A stretch of DNA of 64,000 nucleotides from Muribaculaceae bacterium (GTDB lineage: Bacteria > Bacteroidota > Bacteroidia > Bacteroidales > Muribaculaceae), in contig JAIDSL010000098.1 in assembly GCA_029061255.1 (NCBI GenBank), forward strand, positions 71,921 through 135,920, given 5' to 3'. Below the pieces are notes generated by a model, which was not told the origin of the DNA, searched no databases, and was given only the letters and a program-made list of their open reading frames with translations. A program made the position numbers and the translations under genes. Shown here piece after piece: positions 1 through 9,242 of the stretch; position 1 is the stretch's first letter; each line of letters opens with the position of its first letter.

Positions 1-50
1 TGGCCGGAACTTGGGTTCTCTGGTTTCCGGCCACCGCAAATAGATTTAAC

Positions 51-3000
51 ATGAAAAATAAAATATTATTGTTGTTGGGAGTCTTTCTCACTTTGTCGTT
101 GCCCTTGTATGCAGACAACGGGTGGACAGTCAATCCCTATGACTATCGGTATGACATGTCGGCATATGTGAAGCTTGAGATAGATGGGGCTATGGCTACT
201 GATCTTGCTGATTATGATGTCGCTGCATTCTGTGGTGATGAATGTAGGGGTATTCTTGATGTCAGGACTGCGGCTGGAAGCCAATATGGATATGTACGAA
301 TCCGCAGCAATTCTGCTGATGGAGAGGTTATAGGTTTCAAGATTATTGATAAAGTTTCAGGGAAGGACTTGAAATGTGAGACTACCTTAGATTTTGTTTC
401 CGATTCTTCAGTAGGATTGCCAAGCAGCCCTTTTGTGGTCGCTGGTGCAAACTTGTATGATATTGTGTTTATGGTCGATGATGAGGCTATAGTGACACAG
501 CAATATTATGGCGACCCTCTGGAGGCTACAGACCCTGTCAAGGAAGGCCATGAGTTTACTGGCTGGGACCCCGAGTTGCCTGAGATAGTACCGGCTGAAG
601 ATCTAACGTTTACAGCTACTTTTAAGGTGCTGAGTTATACCGTGTCTTATATCTTGGAGGATCAGGTCTATGAGCAGAGCGTGGTTGAATACGGCACTGC
701 TCTCGTTCCTCCGGAAGCTCCGGAAAAAGAGGGTTATACCTTCTCAGGATGGAAGGATTTGCCCGCGACTATGCCTGCCGGTGACATAGAGATTCTCGGT
801 GGCTACACTGTAAATCAGTATAAGCTGATATATAATGTAGATGGTGAGGTGTATAAGGAATTTACTGTTGACTATGGTACGGCTGTAGTTGCAGAACCGG
901 GACCTGAAAAGGAAGGTTTCACTTTCTCCGGGTGGGACGGTGTCCCTGAGACGATGCCGGCTCACGATGTGACTGTCGCCGGAACATTCTCAATAAATTC
1001 ATATGAGGCTGTTTTTAAGATTGACGGGGAAATCTTTGATACTAAAGTTATAGAGTTCGGACGGAACATTGAAACTCCCGAGGCTCCTAAGAAGAGTGGA
1101 TTTACTTTTTCCGGATGGCAGGATGTGCCCGCTACGATGCCGGCACGCGACATAGAGATAATCGGCTGGTATGTATCTAATGTTGAAATCACATTCTCAC
1201 GCAAGCAGATACATCTTAATTGCACTCAATATGAAAACGCATCTATCCGTTACACAACTGACGGAAGCAATCCCACCGCATCATCTGGGGAAGTTTACTC
1301 TTCTCCTTTCCTTCCCGAGAATGATTGCACAATCAAGGCAGTAGCTTATAAAGATGGATCGATAACTACAGATGTCGCCAGTTATATCTACATTGCTGAG
1401 GATCACACTGTCCCTAACCTTAATATCGTTCCTGTATATTCGGATAGGATAGTGGTCATGATTCCTGAAACAGATGATGAGATTATTGCCTCAAGTGATT
1501 CTATAATGGTAAGGGATCAGGTAGTTCTTAAAGGTGGTGACAAGGTTCGTCAGTTGGAATTCCCGACCGACATATTTGATAACGTCGCTGTTTTTGAATG
1601 GAAGTCAGCCGAGTTGTTGGAGCGCGGCCCTGTAGTGATGCCTATTGAGTATGCTCAGACCCCGCAGATAGACTATGACGGTGTAAGTGTCAGAATGAGC
1701 AACGATATTGGCCATATCCTCCTTTATGGTATGAGATATGATGATGGAAATGTTTTTGAAAATGAGGAGTCTATTCCTGATGGTTATCTCTCATTTAATC
1801 CCGAAATGACAGGCTTGCTCGAATGTTTTGCCTATGATGATGGGCTCTTCCGTTCGGATGCAGCGCAATTGGAGATCCATGCAATCCGTTTTGAGGAAGA
1901 TAGAACTGTAATGCTCAATGAAAATGGTTTCCTTGGCCAGGCCATTCGCGAAGGTGATGCACTTGATTGGGAATCATTGACTATAATTGGGCCTACAGAA
2001 TCAAATGTTGCTATAGATTCTAAAGATCTGAGTATTATAGCTACATTAAATGATCTCCATCACATAGATCTTACGGCTACGGCTCCTCTTCAGGACTCAC
2101 AAGCGGATTTCAGTAGGCTCTCCCGACTGATGTCGTTAAGTATGCCAAAGTCTAATTTTTATGTTTGTGATTGGAATCTCGACAAGATCAGCCTGCTTTC
2201 TGCTATCAAGTGGAATATGTCTGAGCCTATGTCAGCAGATATGTTCGCAACTATTGCCAACCGTCATGCTCTTGTTTATGTCGACGATTTGAGTCTCGCT
2301 CCCGAAAATGCCATTAATATAGTATGCGATGGATATGCACCGAATCTAACATTGACTCATGATTATCCATTCTGCGTAATCGATGAATTTATTGCCGGAG
2401 AAGCTGTCTTCACTAAAAACTTCAGTCGACCTACATATATCGGCCAGTGTCGTGGATGGGAGACAATGTGGATTCCTTTTGATGTGGATCAGGTGATTCA
2501 AATGGATGACCGTCAACGTGAGATACTTCCGTTCCTCGCTATAGATCCGGATGATATGACTACCCCGGGCTTCTGGCTATCGTCTCCTGATAGCGAGGTA
2601 GGTGACTGGGTGGATCATGACAGCATCAAGGGTTGTGTCCCTTATGTCATTGCAATGCCTAACAATCCTGACTATGTTGAAGAGTTCAACATACGAGGTA
2701 ATGTCGCTTTCGTTGGTCATAATGTCAAGGTCAGCGATATCATCTTAGAATCAGGAATGACAGATGAAGATGGAAATTACAGGACATTCTATGGTTCATG
2801 TATACCTATGTCATCATCTGATCATGTGTTTTCTTTGACTGAAGAACTTGAAGAAGGAGAAGAGAATATGATTCGAAGTGTCTTCTCTCCAGATGGTGAT
2901 GAGGTAAGGCCTTTCGAATGCTGGTTTGATGGTGCTCCGGGAATGAAGAAAATAAGCTTTGGTGGAAAGACTGACAGTGTAGCTCAGCTTTCTGATTCTA

Positions 3001-3194
3001 AAGAAGGAGTGAGGATATGGCAGGAAGGTGGAAATATATTCATTTCTTCTTCCATCTGCATGCCGGCAGCCGTGACCGATATGGCAGGAAGCATCGTTCG
3101 TAGGATATCTTTGAAGGCTGGTGAGACTAAGATCCTAAGTGGACTTACTCCGGGTGTATATATCATAGCCAATAGAAAGATTCTTGTCAAGTGA
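51..3194 (+). CDS. Secreted multidomain surface protein: InlB B-repeat/Listeria-Bacteroides-type repeats, Fn3-associated (CHB_HEX_C-like) domain, LRR-like segment and T9SS-like C-terminal domain
   Basis: Sec signal peptide; about 4 repeats of PxKEGxTFxGW...P.TMPA.D; IRYTTDGSNPT motif; C-terminus VTDMAG..VR....LTPGVYIIANRKILVK typical of T9SS cargo. Confidence 0.7.
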   Translation: MKNKILLLLGVFLTLSLPLYADNGWTVNPYDYRYDMSAYVKLEIDGAMATDLADYDVAAFCGDECRGILDVRTAAGSQYGYVRIRSNSADGEVIGFKIIDKVSGKDLKCETTLDFVSDSSVGLPSSPFVVAGANLYDIVFMVDDEAIVTQQYYGDPLEATDPVKEGHEFTGWDPELPEIVPAEDLTFTATFKVLSYTVSYILEDQVYEQSVVEYGTALVPPEAPEKEGYTFSGWKDLPATMPAGDIEILGGYTVNQYKLIYNVDGEVYKEFTVDYGTAVVAEPGPEKEGFTFSGWDGVPETMPAHDVTVAGTFSINSYEAVFKIDGEIFDTKVIEFGRNIETPEAPKKSGFTFSGWQDVPATMPARDIEIIGWYVSNVEITFSRKQIHLNCTQYENASIRYTTDGSNPTASSGEVYSSPFLPENDCTIKAVAYKDGSITTDVASYIYIAEDHTVPNLNIVPVYSDRIVVMIPETDDEIIASSDSIMVRDQVVLKGGDKVRQLEFPTDIFDNVAVFEWKSAELLERGPVVMPIEYAQTPQIDYDGVSVRMSNDIGHILLYGMRYDDGNVFENEESIPDGYLSFNPEMTGLLECFAYDDGLFRSDAAQLEIHAIRFEEDRTVMLNENGFLGQAIREGDALDWESLTIIGPTESNVAIDSKDLSIIATLNDLHHIDLTATAPLQDSQADFSRLSRLMSLSMPKSNFYVCDWNLDKISLLSAIKWNMSEPMSADMFATIANRHALVYVDDLSLAPENAINIVCDGYAPNLTLTHDYPFCVIDEFIAGEAVFTKNFSRPTYIGQCRGWETMWIPFDVDQVIQMDDRQREILPFLAIDPDDMTTPGFWLSSPDSEVGDWVDHDSIKGCVPYVIAMPNNPDYVEEFNIRGNVAFVGHNVKVSDIILESGMTDEDGNYRTFYGSCIPMSSSDHVFSLTEELEEGEENMIRSVFSPDGDEVRPFECWFDGAPGMKKISFGGKTDSVAQLSDSKEGVRIWQEGGNIFISSSICMPAAVTDMAGSIVRRISLKAGETKILSGLTPGVYIIANRKILVK

Positions 3195-3253
3195 AATTGA
3201 TAGTGGATTGAGTAAGAATCTTAAACAACATCTTCGGTTACTTAATATTTGTG

Positions 3254-3293
3254 AAAAGCCTCAGCTTCAAAAGATGCTGGGGCTTTTATTTTT
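3254..3293 (+). terminator. Intrinsic terminator
   Basis: AAAAGCCTCAGC/GCTGGGGCTTTT stem followed by a T-rich tail, 60 bp after the stop codon. Confidence 0.75.
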
Positions 3294-3322
3294 GCAGAAT
3301 TAAAAAAAAATCCTTATTTTTG
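3291..3322 (+). promoter_or_regulatory. Bacteroidetes primary-sigma promoter for the lyase-tatA-tatC unit
   Basis: TTTG-N20-TATTTTTG matches the -33/-7 consensus. Confidence 0.65.
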
Positions 3323-3348
3323 CATATGTGGAAATTTTATGACCTGAC

Positions 3349-6300
3349 ATGAAACATTATTTTGTGATGCTTTATAGGAATATTTTGTCGATTTTGGTAC
3401 TAATGTGCTTGGCAAGTTCTGCTTTCGGTGCAGGAAAATGCATATCCGGCCTTAACGCCAAAGACTTCAAGAAATATTGGATTGTGGAGTCAGAAGGCCC
3501 TTATAAAGTGAGCTTTAAAGGCGACACTGCCGAATTCGTAGCCCCGAAAGGTCTCAGTGTCTGGCGAAAAGACAAGATGAGTGGGCGAACAGTGATAGAA
3601 TATGATGCCCAGGTCGTGACTGAAGGCCCTGACGACCGCCTCAGCGATCTCAACTGCTTTTGGATGGCTTCAGATCCTAATGCATCTGATCCTTGGAAAA
3701 ACCTCGATAAGCGAGGTGGTAAGTTTGTCAATTCCTATACGCTTCAGCTCTATTATCTTGGTTATGGCGGCAACCATAACTCCACTACACGTTTTCGCCG
3801 CTACAATGGCGATGAAAGGGGAGTGGAAGATCCGGCTTTTCGCCCTGAAATAATCAAGGAATATACTGATGCTGATCATCTCCTTAAACCCGGAAAATGG
3901 TATCATATCAAGATAACCCACGATGGCCTACGCACACAATATTTCATTGATGGGGAGCGATTGGTTGATTTCCGGGATCCTGCTCCTCTCACGGAGGGTT
4001 GGTTTGCATTTCGTACTACTCTTAGCCGTACGCGCCTGACCAATTTCTCATATTCATGTGAGCCATTGCAGGAGACAGACGTACCCCTTGCATGGGTGGG
4101 GAAAGCTCCTGAATCGGATGTCCCGGTCACTTTCGGCGTTCCATTCGATAAGGGTTCTGTTTCCACATCTACCCCTCTTGCTATAGCATCCGGTGTCAAT
4201 ACTATTCCTACTGAGAGTTGGCCGTTGGCTTTCTGGCCGGATGGAAGTGTAAAGTGGGCTGCGGTAGCAGGTACTGTCCCGGCAGGATCTGAAAATCTCA
4301 CGGTCCGGATCGGTCAACAAGGGAAGAAATCCAACATTAAGGAAAAGAAGAATATGCTTGCAGAGGATGACGGAAATCGAATCGTCGTAAGAGCAGGAAA
4401 TTCAGAAATCTATATTCCTAAAGTGACTTCTTCAAGTCAAATAATCGAAAATATCATAGACTCTATCGTAACCAATGGGGTGAAAATAGCTGTAGATGGT
4501 CGACTTGTAGGTTCTGTAAAAGACTCCCCTTATGCGGGCTCTGTCAAATCTACCGATATGAAAAGCCGACTCCTTTATTCCGGAATAGAACGTAATGGTG
4601 CTGAACGAGCAGTAGTTTATCTAAAAGGAGTCCATCGTTCAGAAGATGGTCGCGAATGGCTACCATGGACTATACGGTTAAGCGCATTCGCTACCAGTCC
4701 GGAGATAAAGATGACTCATTCCTTCATATTTGATGGAGAGCAAGATAAAGACTTCATTTCAGCTCTCGGAGTGGCATTTGATGTCCCCATGCGTGAACGT
4801 ACCTACAATCGCCATGTGGCATTCTCCACTGCTGATGGTGGTGTCTGGAGTGAACCGGTACAGCCTCTCGTAGGGCGTCGGGTTTTGCGTAATCCTGTTT
4901 CTGGTCAATTTACTCCTTCCGTGCAGGAAATGCAAATGAATGGAGAGAGGGTATTCGATTATTCCGAATTTGACGAAGCCGGGCAGAAACTTATTGATGA
5001 GTGGGCTGAATGGGATGGGTTCCGTCTCTCTCAGAATGGGCCGGATGGCTATACCATACGCAAGAAAGCCACAGCAGATTCCCCTTGGATAGGCACTTTC
5101 GGTGGGCATCGTGCTCAGGGCTCTGTATATGCCGGTGATGTCACCGGGGGATTGACCATTTCAATGAAAGATTTCTGGCAATCATGCCCATCCGGACTCG
5201 AAGTCTCAGGAGCCCGCTCTCCTAAAGCGACATTGATAGCATGGCTTTGGAATCCTGATGCCGAACCGATGGATCTTCGCCATTACGACGATCGCCCACA
5301 TGGACTCACCTCAAGTTATGAGGATGTGCAGGAGGGTATGAGTACTCCTTATGGCATTGCCCGTACCTCAAGTCTCACCATACGTCCTGATGAAGGATAT
5401 AGAGGCAAGGCGAATTTCGCGGCCAATGCGGCAGCAGCCGGCCTTGAAAGCGTCTTGCTCCCAACCCCGGATTATCTGCATCGCCACAAGGCGTTCGGAA
5501 TTTGGGGACTTCCTGACCGGAGCACCCCGTCTCGTGCTGAAGTGGAAGACCGTCTTGATGATTATGCAGATTTCTATAAGCATGCTATTGAAGAAAACCG
5601 CTGGTACGGTTTTTGGCATTATGGCGACGTGATGCATGCCTACGATCCTGTGCGTCACTCATGGCGCTATGATGTGGGTGGATATGCATGGGACAATACA
5701 GAACTCGGAAGCAACCTTTGGCTTTGGTATCAGTTTTTGCGCACTGCTGATCCCGAACTATGGCGTATGGCAGCTGCCATGACCCGCCATGCTTCCGAAG
5801 TCGATGTCTATCATATTGGTCCTAATGCCGGTCTTGGTAGCAGGCATAATGTGAGCCACTGGGGATGTGGTGCAAAGGAAGCTCGAATTAGTCAGGCAGG
5901 ATTCAACCGCATAATGTATTACTTGACTGCCGACGAACGTCTTGGCGACCTTATGAGCGACGTGACGAACTCAGACCAAAAACTATACACCATCGATCCG
6001 ATGCGTCTTGCCCAGCCACGTGAAAAGTACCCTTGTACGGCTCCTGCACGCCTCAGATTCGGACCCGACTGGCTGGCATATGCAGGCAACTGGATGACGG
6101 AATGGGAGAGGACTGAAAATACCTCATATAGAGATAAAATAAAAGCTGGAATGAAGAGTATTTGCGCACTTCCAAGTCGCCTTTTCACCGGCCCTCTTGC
6201 GCTTGGCTATGACCCTGCTACCGGAATTATCACATCAGAATGTGATTCCTCTCTGAAAGATACCAATCACCTGATGACAATAATGGGTGGTTTTGAAATC

Positions 6301-6651
6301 ATGAATGAAATGATGGATTTGCTCCCTGATAAAGATTGGGAGGATGCATGGCTCGAACATGCCACGCACTACAAGAGGATGGCTCGCGAGATAAAGCGCA
6401 ACAAATTCCGCGTATCACGCCTGCAGGCTTATTCCGCCTGGAAGCGAGGCGACAAGGAATTGGCGGCAGAGGCCTGGCATGATCTTCTGACCACTTCTGA
6501 GCATACCGATGCTCCGCGTATGCAAGTAAGCGTGATTGAAGGCTGTGAAGTGCCGGCTCCCATGCATGAGGCCTCTCCAATAAGCACAAACGATGCAGCC
6601 CTTTGGAGCCTCGATGCCATCTATATGCAGGAAGTGATCCCACAAGATTAA
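3349..6651 (+). CDS. Fusion of an N-terminal DUF6250/YesU-like domain to a PcRGLX/YetA-like (PL26-type) exo-rhamnogalacturonan lyase
   Basis: Signal peptide; RLSDLNCFWMA and YYLGYGGNHNSTTRFRRY in the N-domain; WPDGSVKW, WYGFWHYGDVMH, WRYDVGGYAWDNTE, GLGSRHNVSHWGCGAKE in the lyase-like domain. Confidence 0.7.
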   Translation: MKHYFVMLYRNILSILVLMCLASSAFGAGKCISGLNAKDFKKYWIVESEGPYKVSFKGDTAEFVAPKGLSVWRKDKMSGRTVIEYDAQVVTEGPDDRLSDLNCFWMASDPNASDPWKNLDKRGGKFVNSYTLQLYYLGYGGNHNSTTRFRRYNGDERGVEDPAFRPEIIKEYTDADHLLKPGKWYHIKITHDGLRTQYFIDGERLVDFRDPAPLTEGWFAFRTTLSRTRLTNFSYSCEPLQETDVPLAWVGKAPESDVPVTFGVPFDKGSVSTSTPLAIASGVNTIPTESWPLAFWPDGSVKWAAVAGTVPAGSENLTVRIGQQGKKSNIKEKKNMLAEDDGNRIVVRAGNSEIYIPKVTSSSQIIENIIDSIVTNGVKIAVDGRLVGSVKDSPYAGSVKSTDMKSRLLYSGIERNGAERAVVYLKGVHRSEDGREWLPWTIRLSAFATSPEIKMTHSFIFDGEQDKDFISALGVAFDVPMRERTYNRHVAFSTADGGVWSEPVQPLVGRRVLRNPVSGQFTPSVQEMQMNGERVFDYSEFDEAGQKLIDEWAEWDGFRLSQNGPDGYTIRKKATADSPWIGTFGGHRAQGSVYAGDVTGGLTISMKDFWQSCPSGLEVSGARSPKATLIAWLWNPDAEPMDLRHYDDRPHGLTSSYEDVQEGMSTPYGIARTSSLTIRPDEGYRGKANFAANAAAAGLESVLLPTPDYLHRHKAFGIWGLPDRSTPSRAEVEDRLDDYADFYKHAIEENRWYGFWHYGDVMHAYDPVRHSWRYDVGGYAWDNTELGSNLWLWYQFLRTADPELWRMAAAMTRHASEVDVYHIGPNAGLGSRHNVSHWGCGAKEARISQAGFNRIMYYLTADERLGDLMSDVTNSDQKLYTIDPMRLAQPREKYPCTAPARLRFGPDWLAYAGNWMTEWERTENTSYRDKIKAGMKSICALPSRLFTGPLALGYDPATGIITSECDSSLKDTNHLMTIMGGFEIMNEMMDLLPDKDWEDAWLEHATHYKRMAREIKRNKFRVSRLQAYSAWKRGDKELAAEAWHDLLTTSEHTDAPRMQVSVIEGCEVPAPMHEASPISTNDAALWSLDAIYMQEVIPQD

Positions 6652-6670
6652 TATGAGTATTGAGAATATT

Positions 6671-6715
6671 CCGATAACTCTGATCGCTCCGATAACTCTG
6701 ATTACTCCGATTACC
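6671..6715. repeat. Degenerate 9-bp tandem repeat x5 (CYGATWACT-like)
   Basis: ccgataact ctgatcgct ccgataact ctgattact ccgattacc between the lyase stop and the tatA start. Confidence 0.85.
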
Positions 6716-6725
6716 CCAAAAAACA

Positions 6726-6950
6726 ATGACTACAATGACAACTTTAAACTTTATCGGCGGCCTCGGCCTTTCTGAGGTATTGGTGATAGCACTGGTAGTG
6801 CTCCTCTTCTTCGGAGGAAAGAAAATTCCCGAGCTCATGAAGGGGCTTGGAAAAGGAGTGCGTTCCTTTAAAGATGGCATGAAGGAAGTGCAGTCCGGTC
6901 TTGATGACGATGATAAGGAGGAAGTGAAGAAAGAAAAAGAGAAAAAGTGA
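6726..6950 (+). CDS. tatA: Twin-arginine translocase TatA/TatE subunit
   Basis: [24 protein letters not shown] signature; start could be 6726 or 6735. Confidence 0.93.
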   Translation: MTTMTTLNFIGGLGLSEVLVIALVVLLFFGGKKIPELMKGLGKGVRSFKDGMKEVQSGLDDDDKEEVKKEKEKK

Positions 6951-6959
6951 CATTCTGCG

Positions 6960-7787
6960 ATGGCTAAATCGACAGAGAACTTGCAGGATGATTCCGGACA
7001 GACTTTTTGGGATCATCTCGATGTGTTGCGCGGTGTCCTGCTGCGCATACTCGCTGTCACTCTCCTGTTTACTGTGGTGGCATTCTGCTTCAAGGATGAG
7101 GTGTTTTCCGTGGTTCTTGCCCCGAAATCTCCTGATTTCATTCTTTATAGGCTTTTATCGGATTTGGCTTCACGTTTGGGTATGTCCGGCACGGAATGGT
7201 TTGAAGTTAGTCTTATTAATACCGGACTTGCCCAGCAGTTCATGATTCACATGAAGACCGCTTTCTGTGTCGGTCTCATTGTCGCTTCCCCATATATCCT
7301 CCATCAATTGTTTGGATTTGTTTCCCCTGCTCTCTATGATAAAGAACGTAAATATTCACTCCGTCTGCTGATAGGAGGATATATTATGTTCTTGCTGGGT
7401 GTGGCTATAAGCTATTTCATCATTTTTCCTCTTACTTTCAGGTTTCTCGGCACATATCAGGTATCGGCAGAAGTCACCAATTTGATTTCCCTCGAGTCAT
7501 ATATGAGCGTGCTCATCATGCTTTGCCTCTTCATGGGCATCATGTGTGAACTTCCCGTGCTATCGTATATAGCGACAAAAGCCGGAATCATCGATTCCGG
7601 CTTCCTGAAGCGTTATAGGCGGCATGCCATATTGGTGATTCTTGTGGTGTGCGCTATCATTACGCCCACCTCTGATGCTTTCACGCTGTTGATAGTATCC
7701 CTCCCTATCTGGCTCTTGTACGAGGCCTCCATACTTATATCCAGGTCGGCCTCCGGTAGGGACGCACGGCCCGTGCGTCCGCAATAA
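6960..7787 (+). CDS. tatC: Twin-arginine translocase TatC
   Basis: FWDHLDVLR, FVSPALY..E, RRHAILVILVVCAIITP.SD motifs; multiple TM helices; follows tatA. Confidence 0.95.
   Translation: MAKSTENLQDDSGQTFWDHLDVLRGVLLRILAVTLLFTVVAFCFKDEVFSVVLAPKSPDFILYRLLSDLASRLGMSGTEWFEVSLINTGLAQQFMIHMKTAFCVGLIVASPYILHQLFGFVSPALYDKERKYSLRLLIGGYIMFLLGVAISYFIIFPLTFRFLGTYQVSAEVTNLISLESYMSVLIMLCLFMGIMCELPVLSYIATKAGIIDSGFLKRYRRHAILVILVVCAIITPTSDAFTLLIVSLPIWLLYEASILISRSASGRDARPVRPQ
7756..7780 (+). repeat. GTAG-type REP palindrome inside the tatC 3' end
   Basis: GTAGGGACGCACGGCCCGTGCGTCC, one mismatch to copies at 45528, 57115 and 57177. Confidence 0.85.
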
Positions 7788-7801
7788 TCGGATCAGTAAT
7801 T

Positions 7802-8302
7802 TTATTTCCCGGCTTCTTCTTTGATCTTCGCGAGTGCCTCAAGCGGAGTATATGTGTTTCTGGCTTTCGGATTGAATGTGATGGTGACAGTGTCTCCATT
7901 TGCTATGTAGTTGACATACATATTTGTGCTGTCGTTGCCTACTGTCACGGGTTCTCCGCTCTTATCGGTTGCCACATACACGCTGTCTTCCTTTTGGAAG
8001 CTCTTGTCGAGCATCAGTATCTGCTTGATTTTGGTGCGGTTGCCATTCTCATATACGAATACTGCCGACTGATCGGGGCTGAGGGAGTAGATCACTCGGC
8101 CGTCAAACTGTCCTTTTCGGGCATCTTTGCCTTTGATGTTGAAGTATGTTGCGTCATATACGCCGCTTTCTACCGGTTGTTCTGCGGCAAAAGCTTCATT
8201 GGCAGCTTCTGCTTCAGCTTCTTTTTCCTTGCTTGAGTTGCCGCCACAAGATGACATGATGAATGCAAGGCCACAGAGACCTAAGATTTTCAAAGTTTTC
8301 AT
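7802..8302 (-). CDS. Hypothetical lipoprotein
   Basis: Lipoprotein signal MKTLKILGLCGLAFIMSS-C followed by a K/E-rich segment; 166 aa. Confidence 0.75.
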   Translation of the reverse strand: MKTLKILGLCGLAFIMSSCGGNSSKEKEAEAEAANEAFAAEQPVESGVYDATYFNIKGKDARKGQFDGRVIYSLSPDQSAVFVYENGNRTKIKQILMLDKSFQKEDSVYVATDKSGEPVTVGNDSTNMYVNYIANGDTVTITFNPKARNTYTPLEALAKIKEEAGK

Positions 8303-8522
8303 GTTTTTAGTAATTTTGGGTTATATTATTATTATTATAGTTATAACGTATCCGGAAGAATAAAAGTTATGATGATATTCACCAATAAAAATTTAATTAT
8401 TCATTGTGAATTGTACTACAACTTTTATCTTCCCCTGGTGTTATAAAGTAAAGGAGGATAATCACGGTGGAATAGGGGAGGTCTCTCCAAAATTGTTGTA
8501 CCACCATTAAAACTCATTGACT

Positions 8523-8816
8523 ATGGACGTAAAGATTAAGGCAATCCACTTCGACATCAGTGACAAACTCGAAGCCTTCACCAACAAGAAAATCGAGAAA
8601 CTCGTCCGCAGGTTTGATGCCATAAGCGGCGTAAACGTCAACTATACACTCGTTAAGCCGGAGACCAATAACAATAAAGAGGTTGGCGTAGAGCTAATCG
8701 TACCCGGTTCAGCTCCGATCTTCGCATCCAAGACAGCTGACTCATTCGAGGAGGCACTCGACCTCGCTCTCGTGGCGCTTGAAAATCGTCTCGAACGTAA
8801 TAAGGAAAAGAAGTGA
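8523..8816 (+). CDS. raiA: Ribosome hibernation factor HPF/RaiA
   Basis: VKIKAIHFDISDKL...FASKTADSFEEALD, S30AE family pattern; ATG at 8523 preferred to TTG at 8517. Confidence 0.88.
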   Translation: MDVKIKAIHFDISDKLEAFTNKKIEKLVRRFDAISGVNVNYTLVKPETNNNKEVGVELIVPGSAPIFASKTADSFEEALDLALVALENRLERNKEKK

Positions 8817-8819
8817 CGG

Positions 8820-9242
8820 ATGGGACGCCTTCTCGATAAAGTAAGGATATTTGAATTTTCAAAAGTATGTGACCCACGCGGCAACCTTTCTTTCATTGAG
8901 GAAGGTTGCCACGTGCCATTTTCCATTAAACGTGTTTTCTACATCTATGATGTCCCGGGGGGAGAGACCCGTGGCGGCCATGCACATCGTGAAAACACCA
9001 CTGTGCTGATAGCTGTATCCGGTTCTTTCGACCTGCACCTTACGGATGGCGAAGATTCAATGGTGGTGCGTATGAACCGTGCCAATAAAGGTGTTCTTAT
9101 CCCTCCCGGTGTATGGGATTCGATGCACGATTTCACTACCGGAACGGTGTGTCTCGCGCTCTGCGACCATCACTACGAGGAGGAAGACTACATCCGCGAT
9201 CTTGACGAATATCATGAATTTCTTAAATCTCGCAGAGACTAA
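8820..9242 (+). CDS. FdtA/QdtA (WxcM-like) cupin, dTDP-4-keto-6-deoxyhexose 3,4-ketoisomerase
   Basis: DPRGNLSFIE, VPFSIKRVFYIYDVP, RGGHAH, YEEEDYIRD motifs. Confidence 0.88.
   Translation: MGRLLDKVRIFEFSKVCDPRGNLSFIEEGCHVPFSIKRVFYIYDVPGGETRGGHAHRENTTVLIAVSGSFDLHLTDGEDSMVVRMNRANKGVLIPPGVWDSMHDFTTGTVCLALCDHHYEEEDYIRDLDEYHEFLKSRRD

Noticed and set aside
3349-3440. The lyase as a Tat substrate because it lies next to tatAC
   Set aside because: No twin-arginine motif in the signal peptide; it looks Sec-type
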